Source: Camelus ferus
Lineage: Eukaryota
Direction of reading: 5' to 3'
Assembly: GCF_009834535.1 (NCBI RefSeq)
Contig: NC_045698.1
Span: 13,704,001 to 13,768,000 of the forward strand
Length of the DNA stretch: 64,000 nt
The notes beneath the pieces are model-generated. The model was not told where the DNA came from. It made no database searches and was given only the letters and a program-made list of their open reading frames with translations. Of the stretch, positions 26,351-39,000 are shown piece by piece (position 1 is the stretch's first letter; the number at the start of each line of letters is the position of its first letter). The position numbers and the translations under genes were made by a program.

Positions 26351-26983
26351 TGGAAAAAAAAAAAGAGAGAGAGAGAGAAACTGCCCTCCATTTTCTTAGG
26401 GCATTTATTTTGGTAACTTGCAATTACAAGATTTTTCTCTGTCCCTTCAATATGTATGTAAATTTTTCTGAAGCTAAATAAGCCTCTCTAACGTCAGCTT
26501 TTTGACCAAGGATTGTCTTTCTCAATGACCTGGGAGCCATCTCTGAAGTGTCATCATCAAGGAAGGTGGAGCCCCAATTCCTGTGGAAGGGGGAGGAACC
26601 TAACTTCTGCAAGAGCCTCCTTCCATGTTGCAAGTGTATTTCTTACCATCATGATGTAAGAAGTTTATTGTTCCTTTGGATAAAGCCAGTTAGCTAACAG
26701 GCTATCACTCCAATTATTGTGTGAACTTAAGATGATCCATGTGTGACAAATACCGCTGTCAAGTCCCTATAACATGTATGTAATGTGTTATGTCTTCTTG
26801 TCTAAAAAACTGCAGAAGATTTTATTTGATCTTTGCAATCTTTTAGAGTATGCAAGTGATACATACCACCTTCTGGCTTAAGCCTTATTCAGTAATAAAA
26901 CTGTTTTATTTCTCTTCTGCCTCTGTGGGGAAGTTCTCGGGATGAGAGTGGATTTTGTTTTAAATTATATCTTTCCGGCAATA
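26351..26983 (+). mobile_element. ERV1 LTR of the MER34/MER39 group
   Basis: ttcttagggcatttt, ctctgtcccttcaatatgtatgtaaat, gacctgggagccatctct, cctttggataaagccagttagctaac; AATAAA at 26894. Confidence 0.75.
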
Positions 26984-27277
26984 TACACTTGTCGCTCTCA
27001 TGGGGCGGGGGGCAGGGAAGTGTTGGGGGTGAGGAGTAAATGTCCTTCTCCTGGCATCCCAGAGTTTCTCCTCCTCTTTCAGCTGTTGTCTGCAAGGTAA
27101 GAGCGGGAGGAGCCGTGCAGTGAGTAACAAGCTCTTATCTAGTGGTCTGCCAGCAAGATGGCCTTAGGCTCCCTGGTCTCAGTCAATGGTCAATGTCAAC
27201 TTCTCTCAACTGGGAACTTTTAGTAATATTTGACATGGCTGTGCCTCTGGCTAGCCCTGCATTCTTCAGTCCTTGTC

Positions 27278-27385
27278 TTCATTTATATTTAGCACTCACC
27301 GTGTACCTTAAGGAGCGCTAGACACAGGGGATACAACAGTGAGTCAAATGGACAAAATTTGTCTTGATGAACCTAATATTCTAGT
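27278..27385 (-). mobile_element. L2 3' terminus
   Basis: ttcatttatatttagcactcacc...gctagacacaggggatacaacagtgag...gacaaaa...atattctagt. Confidence 0.7.
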
Positions 27386-27411
27386 TTTAGGTGCTACTAT
27401 GGGTTTTTAAA

Positions 27412-27730
27412 TGGTAAACAGCAGCATACTAAAATGTTAAGAGTTTATCTGAGCCAAAATTGATTGGAATCAGGGGCATCAAACCAGAAGTGGTTAGACA
27501 TGCTCCACCAACAACTGCTGGGGAAACACTTCTATAGAGAAAGGCGGAGGTAAAGCGAGGACATTGTTGATTGGCTGAAGCCTAAATCCTAGTTGGTTGC
27601 CTGTGTGTGATTGGTTGTCTCATTTTGTAACCTCGAGGCATTTCTCGACTTTTATTTTGGTTTGCTTATGTAAGCCACCACAGCATTAGAGCCACCTCAG
27701 TCTGACAGCCTCCTTGTTTAATTGTTTGAA
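27412..27730 (-). mobile_element. ERV1 LTR (MER90/MER57-like)
   Basis: Minus strand reads attaaacaaggaggctgtcagactgaggtggctctaatgc...cttacataagcaaacc; two CCAAT boxes (gattgg). Confidence 0.7.
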
Positions 27731-28339
27731 GGGGTCTAAGAGAAAAAAATAATAATAAAAAGAGGTGGGAAATAGGCAGCTAGTAGGGGAGCAGTTGACA
27801 GTTCTAGGCGGCTAGATCTCACCTGCAGTCTAAGGGAGGCGGTACTCCACTTCTTACATTCTGCAAGGTTTATTTTAATCAGCCACTTTTATTTAAATCA
27901 ATGTAAATAGAATTCTAGTTTTACAAGTATTTCATCACCAAAAATTAAACCATATTGCTCGTAGTAAGAACAAATGCGGTGGAAGAGAAAGGGAGAAATA
28001 AAACAACGGATGTTTCCTCTCACCGAGGTCGATGTCACACTAGAGTAATGTGTTTAATTAGGCAAGAAAGTGAATACAGCAACATGGAATGTTTTACATA
28101 TAATAAGAAACAAGTAAGACTCTTGAAGTCTTGCAAGATTATAAAGCGAGTACAATGTGATGAAAGTAACGGAGAAACAGAGATGGAGGTACAAAGACCT
28201 ATTGGGGGAGGCTCTGTATTGAAAGGCAGTATTTCAAATTTGAGCTGTGTCCTGAAGTGACGATATCCCAGCTGTGCACAGAGGAATGATAACTGATGAA
28301 CTATGGCCATGGCAGGGGAGACGGGGAGGCTTTGGAGGG

Positions 28340-29060
28340 TGTATTGGTTTGCTAGGGCTGCCATGACAAAGCACCACAGAATGCGCGGCTCAAACAACAG
28401 AAACTTACTTTCTCACAATTCTGGAAACCAGAAGTCCAAGATCAAGGTGGCAGCAGGGGTCTGTTCCAGGATTTCTCTCTGGCTTGCAGATGGCTGTCTT
28501 CCCTCTGTGTCTTCATGTGGCACGTCATGAACTGGGTTGTGATCCCTCCTCCAAATTTATATGTGAAACTCTAAACTCCACTGAGATTCTAATTGGAGAG
28601 AGGGCCTCTAAGGATATAATTTTAAGGTAAAAGAATGTCATAAACGGGAGCCTATCCAACAGAACTGGTGGGTAGAGAAAGAGACACAGGGGCTGTCTCA
28701 GAGGAAAGGCTGGTGAGGAGTCAGCAAGAAGACACCTGACACAGCCAGAAAGAGGCTGTGAAGCTGAAAGAGACTGGCACCTTGATCTGAGAGTTCTAAC
28801 CTCCAGAACCATGAGAAAATACCTTTCTGTTGTTTACGCCATCCAGTCCAACTAAAACATGGTGCTCTCCCTGTGTACATCTGTGTCTAAATTTCCTCTT
28901 CTTGTATGGAGACCAGTTATATTGGATTAGAGGCCACATCAATGACCTTATTTTAACTTAATTTCAAAGGCCCTATCTCCAAATATCATCACATTCTGAG
29001 AAACTGAGAATTCAGATTTCAACATATAAGTTTCAGGGGGACACAATTCAGCCCATGATA
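28340..29060 (-). mobile_element. MLT1B-like solo LTR, host of a nested MLT1
   Basis: tgtattggtttgctagggctgccatgacaaagcaccacaga...aagtccaagatcaagg...[insert]...gccctatctccaaata...ggggacacaattcagccc. Confidence 0.9.
28523..28859 (+). mobile_element. MLT1A/B-like LTR nested in opposite orientation
   Basis: ccaaatttatatgtgaaactctaa, ggcaccttgatct, cctccagaaccatgagaaaata...tttctgttgttta; TSD tggca/tggtg. Confidence 0.88.
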
Positions 29061-31202
29061 TGGTGAGAAATATTGCATTATGATTCACAAGTGTTTTCCC
29101 CTCTACGTCCTGCCATGTTTCCACATAAGAGTGTGTTTCCAGTTGCCTTTAACCAAGGGACATCCCCTGACCAGTAGAAGGTAACCAGAGGAAATATATT
29201 ACATGGACACCAAAGCAGAACTTCTCAATGCCCTCATGTGCTTTCTACCTTTGTCTCCTGAAATTCTGTCCTCTGCCATATCTACAGTATGTCCCAAATA
29301 GGGATTTCTCCCACAGCATACATTCTGGGAAGGCAGGTCTAGCCAAGCATCATCAGTTTAACCCAGCTGAGCAACATCAAATCTGCAGCCATCACTTAGT
29401 GTGAACAATAAAAATAAGTCTGTTTGTGTAAGTCCTAGAATATTAGTGTTTCCAACAGCAGGAACTGACTGATAAAGAAATGTGTGCAAAAATGGCAAGC
29501 TGCCACAGCAAACATTTAAAATACATGGTATAGACTTTGGTTCTGGAGACCAACTGGTGAGGAAGGAAAATGCTATTGAAGTTTGCAACCACATTATGTA
29601 TCAGAAAACCATTGGGTATGACTATCACCTGTAATAACTTGGAAGGCACAAAATTTGTCAAAAAAAAAAAAAAAAAAGGAAAGAAATCTATGGCTTTGGG
29701 AAATGAAGTTTTACCCAAGAAAGAATATCAGTGTCATGAAATGTTTATTAATAGTTGCATTGGATGAATATCACAAAAATTAGATTGGCTCAGGAAAAGA
29801 GTCCTGTTTACAATCAAGGTGAAAAAAAAGAAAATGAGAGAATCCAGAATATCAGGACTGCAGGGATTTGAAGAAATTCTAGCCCTCAAAAGAATCTCAA
29901 AACAAAAACAAAAACAAAAATCAAGGATGTGGTCATCAGATCTTTTGTCAAAATATGTGACTGGATTAATGCTACACTTAGAAATTCATTCAATTAAATT
30001 GAGTGGCTCTAAGAAAGAGAGCAAGGATATTATTTCATGGAAGCCTGAGAAACTTAAGGTGGTTTTAACTAGTTAAACAGAGGCGTGCATCTTTTGATAG
30101 GAATTTGGATCTGACTGGAATCAGTAAAATGTTAAAAATTGAATGTGTTGAGGTGCCTAACATTCTACCAATCTAGAGTAACACATAATACAACTATTCA
30201 AGATAAACATGTGACTCTTGGGATCCCAAATTAATAGGCACAAGAAATGTACTCAGAAAACTGCTTGATTCACCCAAAGTGAATAGTCAAATAGTCTTCA
30301 TGTCTCTTCAAATGCATCCAAGAAGGTTGATAGAATAACTTTCCACAGGATAGAACCAAGAGCCATGGAGAACAGTGCTTCAGAGAGCTCCTCCTAGGAT
30401 GAACAAGAACCTAATCAAGGATTCATGTGTCAAAAATAAAGACAATTCACAACTTTTGCTTCAACTTTAAAACTGCTATTGATCAGTGATTCTTACATAC
30501 CTACTCTTTCTTCTCTTTCTTCTTTCCAGATGTAATAATTTACTGTAGTTGTCTTACTACTGATCTACCATTCTATACCGTGTGTGTGTATGTGTGTGTG
30601 TGGTGGAAAGAAGCAATATCTTATCATTTCAGTTCATAGAGGTTGGATCAAACAAAACTGCATCCTGACTTGATGCAGATCAGGACACCCTCAATTTCAA
30701 GTCTGACAAAGTTGTTGGATGAGGTATTTGGAATTTCTTGAGGTGGATTCAATTACTTTAAGGAAAAAGCAGATGTTTTTGACCAAGGGGGTCAACTGTA
30801 GTAGAATGTATGAACTGTTCACAGTCGGTTCTCTCCCCACCCTGGCCATGCTTCCCTAGAGGTTGACTATGCATTGCTGACTGGTACTTAACCACATATT
30901 ATTTTGGCCAGTGGTGTGTGAGCAGACGTGATTTTCTCCACGTCTGTGCAGAAGCATTTAATGCACTTGTGTGATCTGGCTCTATTTCATTTTGTTCCTG
31001 TGCTCAACCATGAGAGCATCACCTCCCAGATGTGGGCAGCTGCTTTGGCCTGGGTTCAAGAATAAGAACTCATTACAGAGGAGTAGAGTCCAGAAAAGCA
31101 AGAAATCATCTGTAATATCAAAAAAAAAAAAAAAAAAAAACCGCTGTGTTATTGTAACTGGGATTTTTGACATTGTTACTTCAATAAAAAGTGATTAAAG
31201 CA
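29061..31202 (+). mobile_element. Full-length MLT1(G/H-like) MaLR element: 5'LTR ~29061-29476, internal ~29477-30796, 3'LTR 30797-31202
   Basis: Two related LTRs in direct orientation flank a 1.3-kb purine-rich internal region ending gaccaagggggtcaac just before tgtagtaga. Confidence 0.75.
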
Positions 31203-31655
31203 GATATATCATCCAAATAACCATTGAAACATAAACACAATATGGTATGTATTATTTAGGGGGGGAGAGAAAGTTTTCAAAACTGAAGAAAATAAGTAAT
31301 AGCAACCAAGATATCATAAAATCTAGTCAAAGAAGAGCACTTGATTTTTGTTTTATACCTCGGTTCCATAGACAAAAGGTAAAAAGAAAAACAGAGAACT
31401 CTGTGTTTTGAAAGAGGCTAAAAGAATGCTTCTAAAACTCACTGTGACTTGTGCAGGGTGTGGACACGTGGAAAACCTCCCAACTGAGATTACAGTACAT
31501 AATGCAGGCGTCTTGGGTGAAAGTGGAATTTCTGTAGGTTCTTCATGAATTCCTATTTATATCAGCCTTTGGGCTTAAAAATAGAGCAGCAGATACACTT
31601 CAAAGAGTAGATTTCTGACTCTGGGTCTAAAGGTCTTAAAAATTTATTGTCCAAC

Positions 31656-32165
31656 TGTAATAGGGAAGAACAAGTCTGACTCCACACTAGATCTGTTCCT
31701 TTAGCTCTAAGCCTGTGCTCTGTTTCCTGCGCTTGGTCATGCTGGTTCTGCACACTTTGTAAAAGAATGTGGCCTAAACCCTGAAATACACAGGAAAGCC
31801 CTTTCTCAAAGCTCGGCCCTTTATGGGTAGAACACTTCTCCATTCATATAGAGATAAAAAGTTGCAGAACAGAGAATATTTGTCTTGTTGGAGGTTTACA
31901 GGGACACCATGACCAGACCTACTTGGACAGCTGTAAGAACAAAGGATTCCGACACCAAGAAGTTTGCAACAACTAACCACTTCCTCCCCTGTTAATATAA
32001 AAGGAACCTGAATTCTGACTCAGGGAAGATGGTTCTCTAGGACACTTGTCCCCACCTTCTCAATCTGCTGGCTTTCCAAATAAAGTTATTCCTTGCCCCA
32101 GCACTTTGTCTCCCAATTTACTGGCCTATCATGCAGTGAACAGAATGAGTTTGGACTCAGTAACA
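31656..32165 (+). mobile_element. MER41-like ERV1 solo LTR (cetartiodactyl)
   Basis: TG...CA ends, perfect 4-bp TSD caac (31652-31655 / 32166-32169), TATA (tataaaagg) and AATAAA in the expected order. Confidence 0.9.
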
Positions 32166-33729
32166 CAACAATTTTATGAATTCTTAAAGTGTCATTTTTG
32201 CTTGAATGCACGATTTTCTATTGCCTACAACTATTCCTAATCTGTCTTGTGTTTAAACATTGTATCTATGCACCAACCATTCACTGCTCTATAGCATACA
32301 CTCTAAGTGACCAGTACTTTTATCCATGGTGATGTATCGCTAAAGCAAAACAATGGACTCGGTCTGAAAAGAAATAGAAGAATGCCCTCTCTTGCTTTGA
32401 TGTTTCGCTATTTCCAAAGCATTTTTGCTAACTTGAAAACATTTCCAGTTTCACAGTTGTTGAAAAAAATAGTTTAAACATTTAAAAAATGTTACTTGAT
32501 AATTCCTTTTATGTGAGAATCTGAAGACACCTGAGCCAAAAAGTAATCATAACAAGAGGCAGCTTTCCCCTTAGAGTTCTTTCTCCTTAAAGCTCAGGAA
32601 AATTTTGTGGGATCAAGCTTTGCACATAGATTCTGTTGGAAGCACACTTTCCTATGAAGTTCTTTGGTTTTGGTAACCTGGGAGGTCTCAATACCAATAC
32701 ATCTGTAATCCTGGTATGAGAACTATTAACTACAAAATGCATTTTAAATCAAAAAAGGTGAGCAGTAGATAAGACCTTATAAAGAATAAAGCAGTTGAGT
32801 AGAAAATCAGCAGTGGAAGGAACGCCTACAGGGACAAATAATTTGGTTATATGGAAACAGAAATAAGAAGAACTCAAGTTGATGGAGTAAACATGAGAAG
32901 GAGATACATTGTCTTCGCTGTGTTGATATTTTCATGTTGGAGGAAAACCTCTCACATGGGGTTGGAAATCTAGACCAGTGCCCTCAGCATCCAAACTGAA
33001 TGCAGCTGACAAGCTGAACTGGTGTCCTTGAAATTGAGTTTTCCTTAGATAACTGATGATTAGAACTAGCTGTAGCCGCAATGACCTCAGAGGAGATAAA
33101 AGTATATCACAGCACCTGCCAGAGGTGATGCTAAGCTGTCTCCAGCTAAAACTGAAAAGATTTAGTCTTTGATGAACCCAGTAAGTTATATGTGGTGTTA
33201 TGTAGCCATAAACCTCAGTGATGTGATAGGAACAAAGCCAGCTTGCCATAGAAAAAAGAGTAAAAAATGATCACAGTGAATAAAATCTTTAAAAAAATGT
33301 GATTGGGTATAGATGCAAATTTTTTTTTCTCTTTAATAGCCAGTTATATTTCCTTGAATTTTATTAGTTTAACAATTACTCCAATGAAGCAAAAGCCTAC
33401 TTGAAACTACTTTGTTATATATTAAAATAAAATAAATAAATGTAAGTGTGTTAACAGGAAGATTTAAGTAAAATGTAAAGCTTTTAAATATTTGTCTCTT
33501 TCAAACTAGTCGTTAGTGTTTATTTGCAGTGGTTATGTTTTAATATTCATAAGGACAGGCTCATGAAAAATATTAAACCTTGAATATTTTAGAATAAATA
33601 TGTCTAAGTAGATGACTTACTGTTATCTTTTGAAGCTAATATTAATTTTTCATGACATATTTGCTAAAATATAAAACAATTTTTCTACTTAGTATATTAA
33701 ACCCCTTTAGTCTTTGAAAGATAAATGTA

Positions 33730-34305
33730 TTTAAACAGCTTTATTAAAATATAATTTGCATAACATAAAATTTACCTATTTTAAGTATACAATTCAATGT
33801 TTCTTAGTATATTTATAGAGTTGTGCAGCCATGAACACAAGCCATTTAGAACATTTCCAGCATCCCCAGAAGAAAACTCACGTCCATTATCAGTTACTCC
33901 CTTCTCCCCTCACTAACCCTCAATCTCTGGCAGCCATGGCTTTATACTCTGTTTCTATCGATTTACCTATTTTATGTAAATGAAATCTGGAAATGTTAAA
34001 TAAATAGAATCATACAGTCTGTGGTGTTCTGTGACTGGTCCCTTTCACTTGGTATCATTCTGTAGCGTAACAGGACTCCATTCCACTTATTTGCAAATAA
34101 TATTCTGTTGCATGCATATAATCACATTTTATTTATGCACTCATCAGTTGATGGATATTTAGGTTGTTTCTATTTCTTGACAATTATGAATAGTATTGCT
34201 GTGAACATTAATGTACAAGTTTTGTGTCAACGTGTGTCTTTACTTCTCTTGAGTAGGTATCTAAGGGTGGCATTGCTGGCTCACATGGTAACTATATATT
34301 TAACA
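33730..34305 (-). mobile_element. L1MB-type 3' end
   Basis: aacagctttatt...ttttaagtatacaattcaatg...agagttgtgcagcca...agaacatttcc...tcatcagttgatggatatttaggttgtttc...ttgctggctcacatggta. Confidence 0.9.
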
Positions 34306-35300
34306 TAGAAATGGATTTTTATGACTGAATTTTCTTTCTGTAAAAATTACAGCAAAAAGAAAGCCCTCTCCCCCCAAATCTCCAGAATATTTTTTTCAAG
34401 AAACTTTACAGAACATTTTCAATCATCCACAGCAATCATCATCTACTTTTGAAATTTAAAGAAAGCAAGAAAATTAAACAATCACTGCAGAAACACTGGG
34501 TTTCAAATCTAAGACGGTGGCTTCTGCCAAACTCACATTTTTGTCAAAATAGCATTTGTACTTGCTGCGGGTTCTCTGAAAACCTAAATGACAAAAATGA
34601 TCACGTAAGGTAGTAATTTTGTAATTTTTTGGCTGAGTGGCCCTGAGTCTGTTGGCACCCAACTGTGAGGAAAATTATTTATAAACAGCCACATCATATG
34701 CTAGGCCAAAGTTCTATATTGCCTCAAACTTTAAAAGTATTGTAAAAGTGTTAGCATGGTGAAGATTTTAGGTTGCTGATCAATTTTTACCAAGCTCAGT
34801 TTAAAAGTTAGCTTTTTAAATAAAATTAATGCCATTATGTTGCATACTATTATTTCTGTACATTATTGTTGATTTCTTAAAGAGTCTCTTTGAAGTGTTA
34901 TATAAAACAAAAAGGCCTAAAGATTTTTTTTTTAATATCCATAAATTTAAAGGCTTTTTAAAGTAAATCTCTTAAGGTTGGAAACTTAAAAATCTTTTTG
35001 CTTTATAAATATATGTAATTCTATTAAATGAAGAATTATAACTTCCCTCAACAGATTCCAAAGCAGTGATTAAATGATCACAAATTAAGGCCACTGGAGA
35101 CAGATTCTTGTTACCCAATTCTACCCCTTTATTTTTGAGGGGTCAAATCTCCCTTCAAAGTCTTTTTTTTTTTTTTTTAATAATTTCAGTAAATGGATTT
35201 AACACTAATAGTGGGAATAGAGGGCAATGTTTTCTTATTTTCTCCATGTTTTAGTAATTATTTGTTAAATTAAAATACATTATTCTGATTTTCATTCACT

Positions 35301-35368
35301 GTTAATCTAGCTTCTCAGACAAGTAATATTTACAGTTAATCTAGTTTTGAAGACAAGTAATACTTGTG
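35301..35368. repeat. Two-copy 34-bp tandem duplication
   Basis: gttaatctagcttctcagacaagtaatatt vs gttaatctagttttgaagacaagtaatact (25/30 identical). Confidence 0.8.
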
Positions 35369-35504
35369 AACCAGAAGATAATCATTCTTACCTAATGTCA
35401 TAGAACTGATAACTGATAGGGTTAAAACTTTAATCCAGAATAATGTAATACAAATCATATATGCTTTTTTTTTTTTTTTTTTACCACACCAAGAGTCTTC
35501 TCAA

Positions 35505-35780
35505 TTGAATTCATTCATGTAGTAAATAAATGCTTTGTCCATGGAGTGCACGGTTTTATACTAGGTGCTAAGGTTACAAAATGGAATCCCACAGTTCCTG
35601 CTCAAAAGAAGACTATAGTCAACTGGGAGAGATGGAAATAATTATTGAAGATAATTACAACAGAAAGTGGTAAGTGCTAAATTTTAGGCATATTTACATG
35701 GGATAAACAATTTTAATGACTACAAATTTGGCTATAGGGAAAGAAGTCTGGGAGAATTATTTTAGCAAAAAGTGAAGACT
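35505..35780 (-). mobile_element. L2 3' fragment
   Basis: ttcattcatg...ctaggtgctaaggttaca...cacagttcctgctcaaa...agtggtaagtgcta. Confidence 0.65.
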
Positions 35781-36017
35781 CTTATATTGTACATTCTATA
35801 ACGTATGTCATATATATGGTTCTTGATGGTGTTTATGAACAGATGGCTTCTAAGTTGCATGTGAACAATTTCCATTTGCCTCAAGGTTTTTGCATAATCA
35901 ACTTTTGACTCTTAATTCCAGTTAGAGATTTTTAATGTGTAATGCATTAATAATTACAGATATTAGGTTATTTTTTAATCATCATGTTTTTCTTTGTCTT
36001 GTTTCTTAATATGAAAA

Positions 36018-36047
36018 CACACACGTGCGCACACACACACACACACA
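36018..36047. repeat. Interrupted (CA)n microsatellite
   Basis: cacacacgtgcgcacacacacacacacaca. Confidence 0.85.
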
Positions 36048-39000
36048 TAAAAACCAAACTCTAGAGCAGATGTTCTAACCTTAGCTTCTTGAGGAGGGGA
36101 TGTGAGAATAAATGGATGCCTTGAAATGATTTTCTGAATATGTATTGTACTTCCTTTGGAAACAAAGTTTATAGCTTTTGTAAGATTTCCAAAGGGGTTT
36201 GTACCTCAGCTCTTTGATTCTAATTTGAGGAATTCCAGAAGCTGTGCTGGTTTATTTATTTATTCATTTATTTACTTATTTATTTAAAGAATAAATACTC
36301 TGATTATGTTTAAACATTTTAAACTTATAAAGTAATTCCCTGCAAAATCCTGCAATATTTTTGTCTTAGAAAAGAACTTAGGGCTTTTACTTTAGTGAAT
36401 ACTAAATTCTTCCAACTTGCTTTCTCTTTCTTTGCTCTCTGTTGGAATCTGGCAGTCCTACTCAGACGCCGTCGAGACTGCAGCAATTAGCTTCCTTTTA
36501 CTGCACGACAGATGTTCTAAGTGTTGGGTTCATTCAACATGGGTTGGGATTGAGATATCACAGCTGCTGTAATTTAATTCTGGTCGAAAAGCTTTATCAT
36601 TATCAGTTCAACATATTCATAAAATACTATAAAACTTACACATATTTCCAATTAAACTGAGTTTCACTTAATCACGGCACATTGTAAACTCTACCATCTC
36701 CCACTGTCACATATGGTAGCTGGGGCTAGAGTTTGATAAGTCAATATTCATTTCCATGATTAGAGTCTGAGGGTTTTTTTTGTGTGTGTATATATATATA
36801 TATAACAATCATTACTGTTTGATTTTATGACAATACTGAGAGCAGCTGATTAAAAACAGCAGGAAAGATATATTTCTGCATTACTGTCTTATTTCCAGGC
36901 ATTAGACAGTGCGAGTAACTTTCTGGTTAACCAAATTATCTGTGTACTTTCCTATTAACCATGAAAAGATAATTAACATTTCTGAAAACCTACAGTGTTC
37001 ACCTATCACTGTTCAACTTCCTAAATCAGAGAAAGGTCAATAACTAATTTCAGACAATACCAGATTTCAGTTCAAAAGGCTGTTTGTAGGATGAGCTTCC
37101 AGAAATGATTAATTTCCATCTCAAATAAAAAGAATAGCAACTACTTTGAAATAGATTATTCCTAACTAAATAAGTTAGTGCAATCCAATTTTGTGATTAG
37201 GACTGTTAAAATAATTGAATTGACTTTGCAATTTTCTGGTCATTTCAGTTTTTACCACTGAATCAGATCCAATTTGTATTGACGCAATCAATTTGTGACA
37301 AGTGGCTTATTACTGTAGCTAAAGGAACAATCTTGTGTCTTTTAAGGAAGGGTTACTTTTATTATTCTACAAAAGTTTTAGGTTTATAGTACTGGATGAG
37401 TATACTTGCATATGTGATAGAAATGTAAAATCTGACAATGTAATGATTATCCCCTGTAAGGGAAGATGGGAGATACAACTGGGTTAAATATACTATAGCA
37501 CATTCAAATACAGCATTTGAACACTGTTCATTCTGCAAGTAACAATAAGGGGCACTTTGTAAGAAAGCATTGGTGCCCTGCATGAGCTAACCTACTAAAA
37601 ATGAGGTAAGCTGTCCAGAATGAGGGTTGAGGATGTAACAGAATTGCTTGGAAATCATTCAAAGATACTTACCCTCTCCTTCACCTCTCTCCTTCTCAAA
37701 GGTTTGGGTTCTTCCAGGTTTACTGTAACATTGGACATTAATTGTTTTAGACATAAATTGGCTTGTATACATCCTACATTCTTCTTCTTTCCTAATATTA
37801 CTGTGATATTTTATGTCAGAAAGTCTCTCTTGGAATTTGTGAAGATGTGATCAATGGGTAACCCAGTGAAGGGTGAGAACACACATTGGTTGGTAGATGG
37901 GTAAGTAGGTGCAAAATCTCCTTCTGCATAGTCCCTGAAATAGTCAGGAGATGGGCATATTTAGCTGGAGTCACAGTCGGTTCCTTATACTGACTAATTT
38001 TCACCAATACCACCCTCCCACCATCACCACCACCATTACCACTACCCACATGCATGTACGTGCATGTCTTTTGAGAACCAGTCTTCCAGTGCCAGGGGAT
38101 GCTCAGAATCTTTCAGTTTTCATTGAGAACAGTAATTTCTCTCACTGATTAATTTATCAAAAGAAAGAAAGTTATTTATATATTCAGCTGTTAGCAACTT
38201 TGGGTTCCTAGAATTCATTCGTAATCAATGCTGACAATAAATATATTCTTTGAAATTTTACATGTATGTCCTCTGTCATTCCCCCCCCCTTTTTTTTTCT
38301 AATTTTGCCCTCATCACCCATTTGTTCAGTTATGTCCTCTGCAGTTGGAGGTTGTGAGGGGCATTCTCGTTCTCACACCACAAGGCTCTCTGCAATCTGA
38401 AAGTGATTCTGCTTTTACACTCCATTTTCTTTCTTAAGGAACTTGCTTCTTGCCATGATATATTAAATCAACTTCTCCCTTCCTAATATATCTAACCGAC
38501 CTCTCACCCAAGAATATACATTCTTCCTAGGACTTTATCATTGTAATAAAATAACAATAACAATAGTAAATACAATTCTCCCTCTTGACACTGAATTGTT
38601 TCCATATTATACCACATTTCTTTAGTTCCCTTCCTGGCCATACATCTGAGAGTGCTGCCTCCCATATCCTCTCAAATTCTGAATCTGCTTTTTGCTTATC
38701 TGCTCCCTGCAGGCTGGATTCAGCTGCTACCACATATTTTTTCAATTCCTTGTTGCCAGATCAGTCGGTAATTTTTCTCATCACGTTAAATGTAATTACA
38801 CCAATGCGTGTATTCCACGACTCTTTCTTCTTGCAGTAATATCTCTTGGATTCCTAGACACCATGTGCTTCAATTATCTACTTACATGTGTGGTTCATTT
38901 TACTTTGCCAGACCCTTTTCCTCATTCCATGTCACATCGGTATACCTCAGATCTTTGTTTTCATTTTATTCTCTCTCCTTAGATGAAACCAGCATCGTAT

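Noticed and set aside
31562..31980. ORFs resembling those at 40510-40845 (YSCP...PVN.Q.DK...FCNFL)
   Set aside because: The similarity arises because both lie in copies of the same MER41-like LTR; they are not paralogous proteins.
36410..36575. Possible coding exon after a pyrimidine tract (SYSDAVETAAISFLL...)
   Set aside because: The frame reaches a stop without a convincing donor site, and no protein similarity is recognisable.
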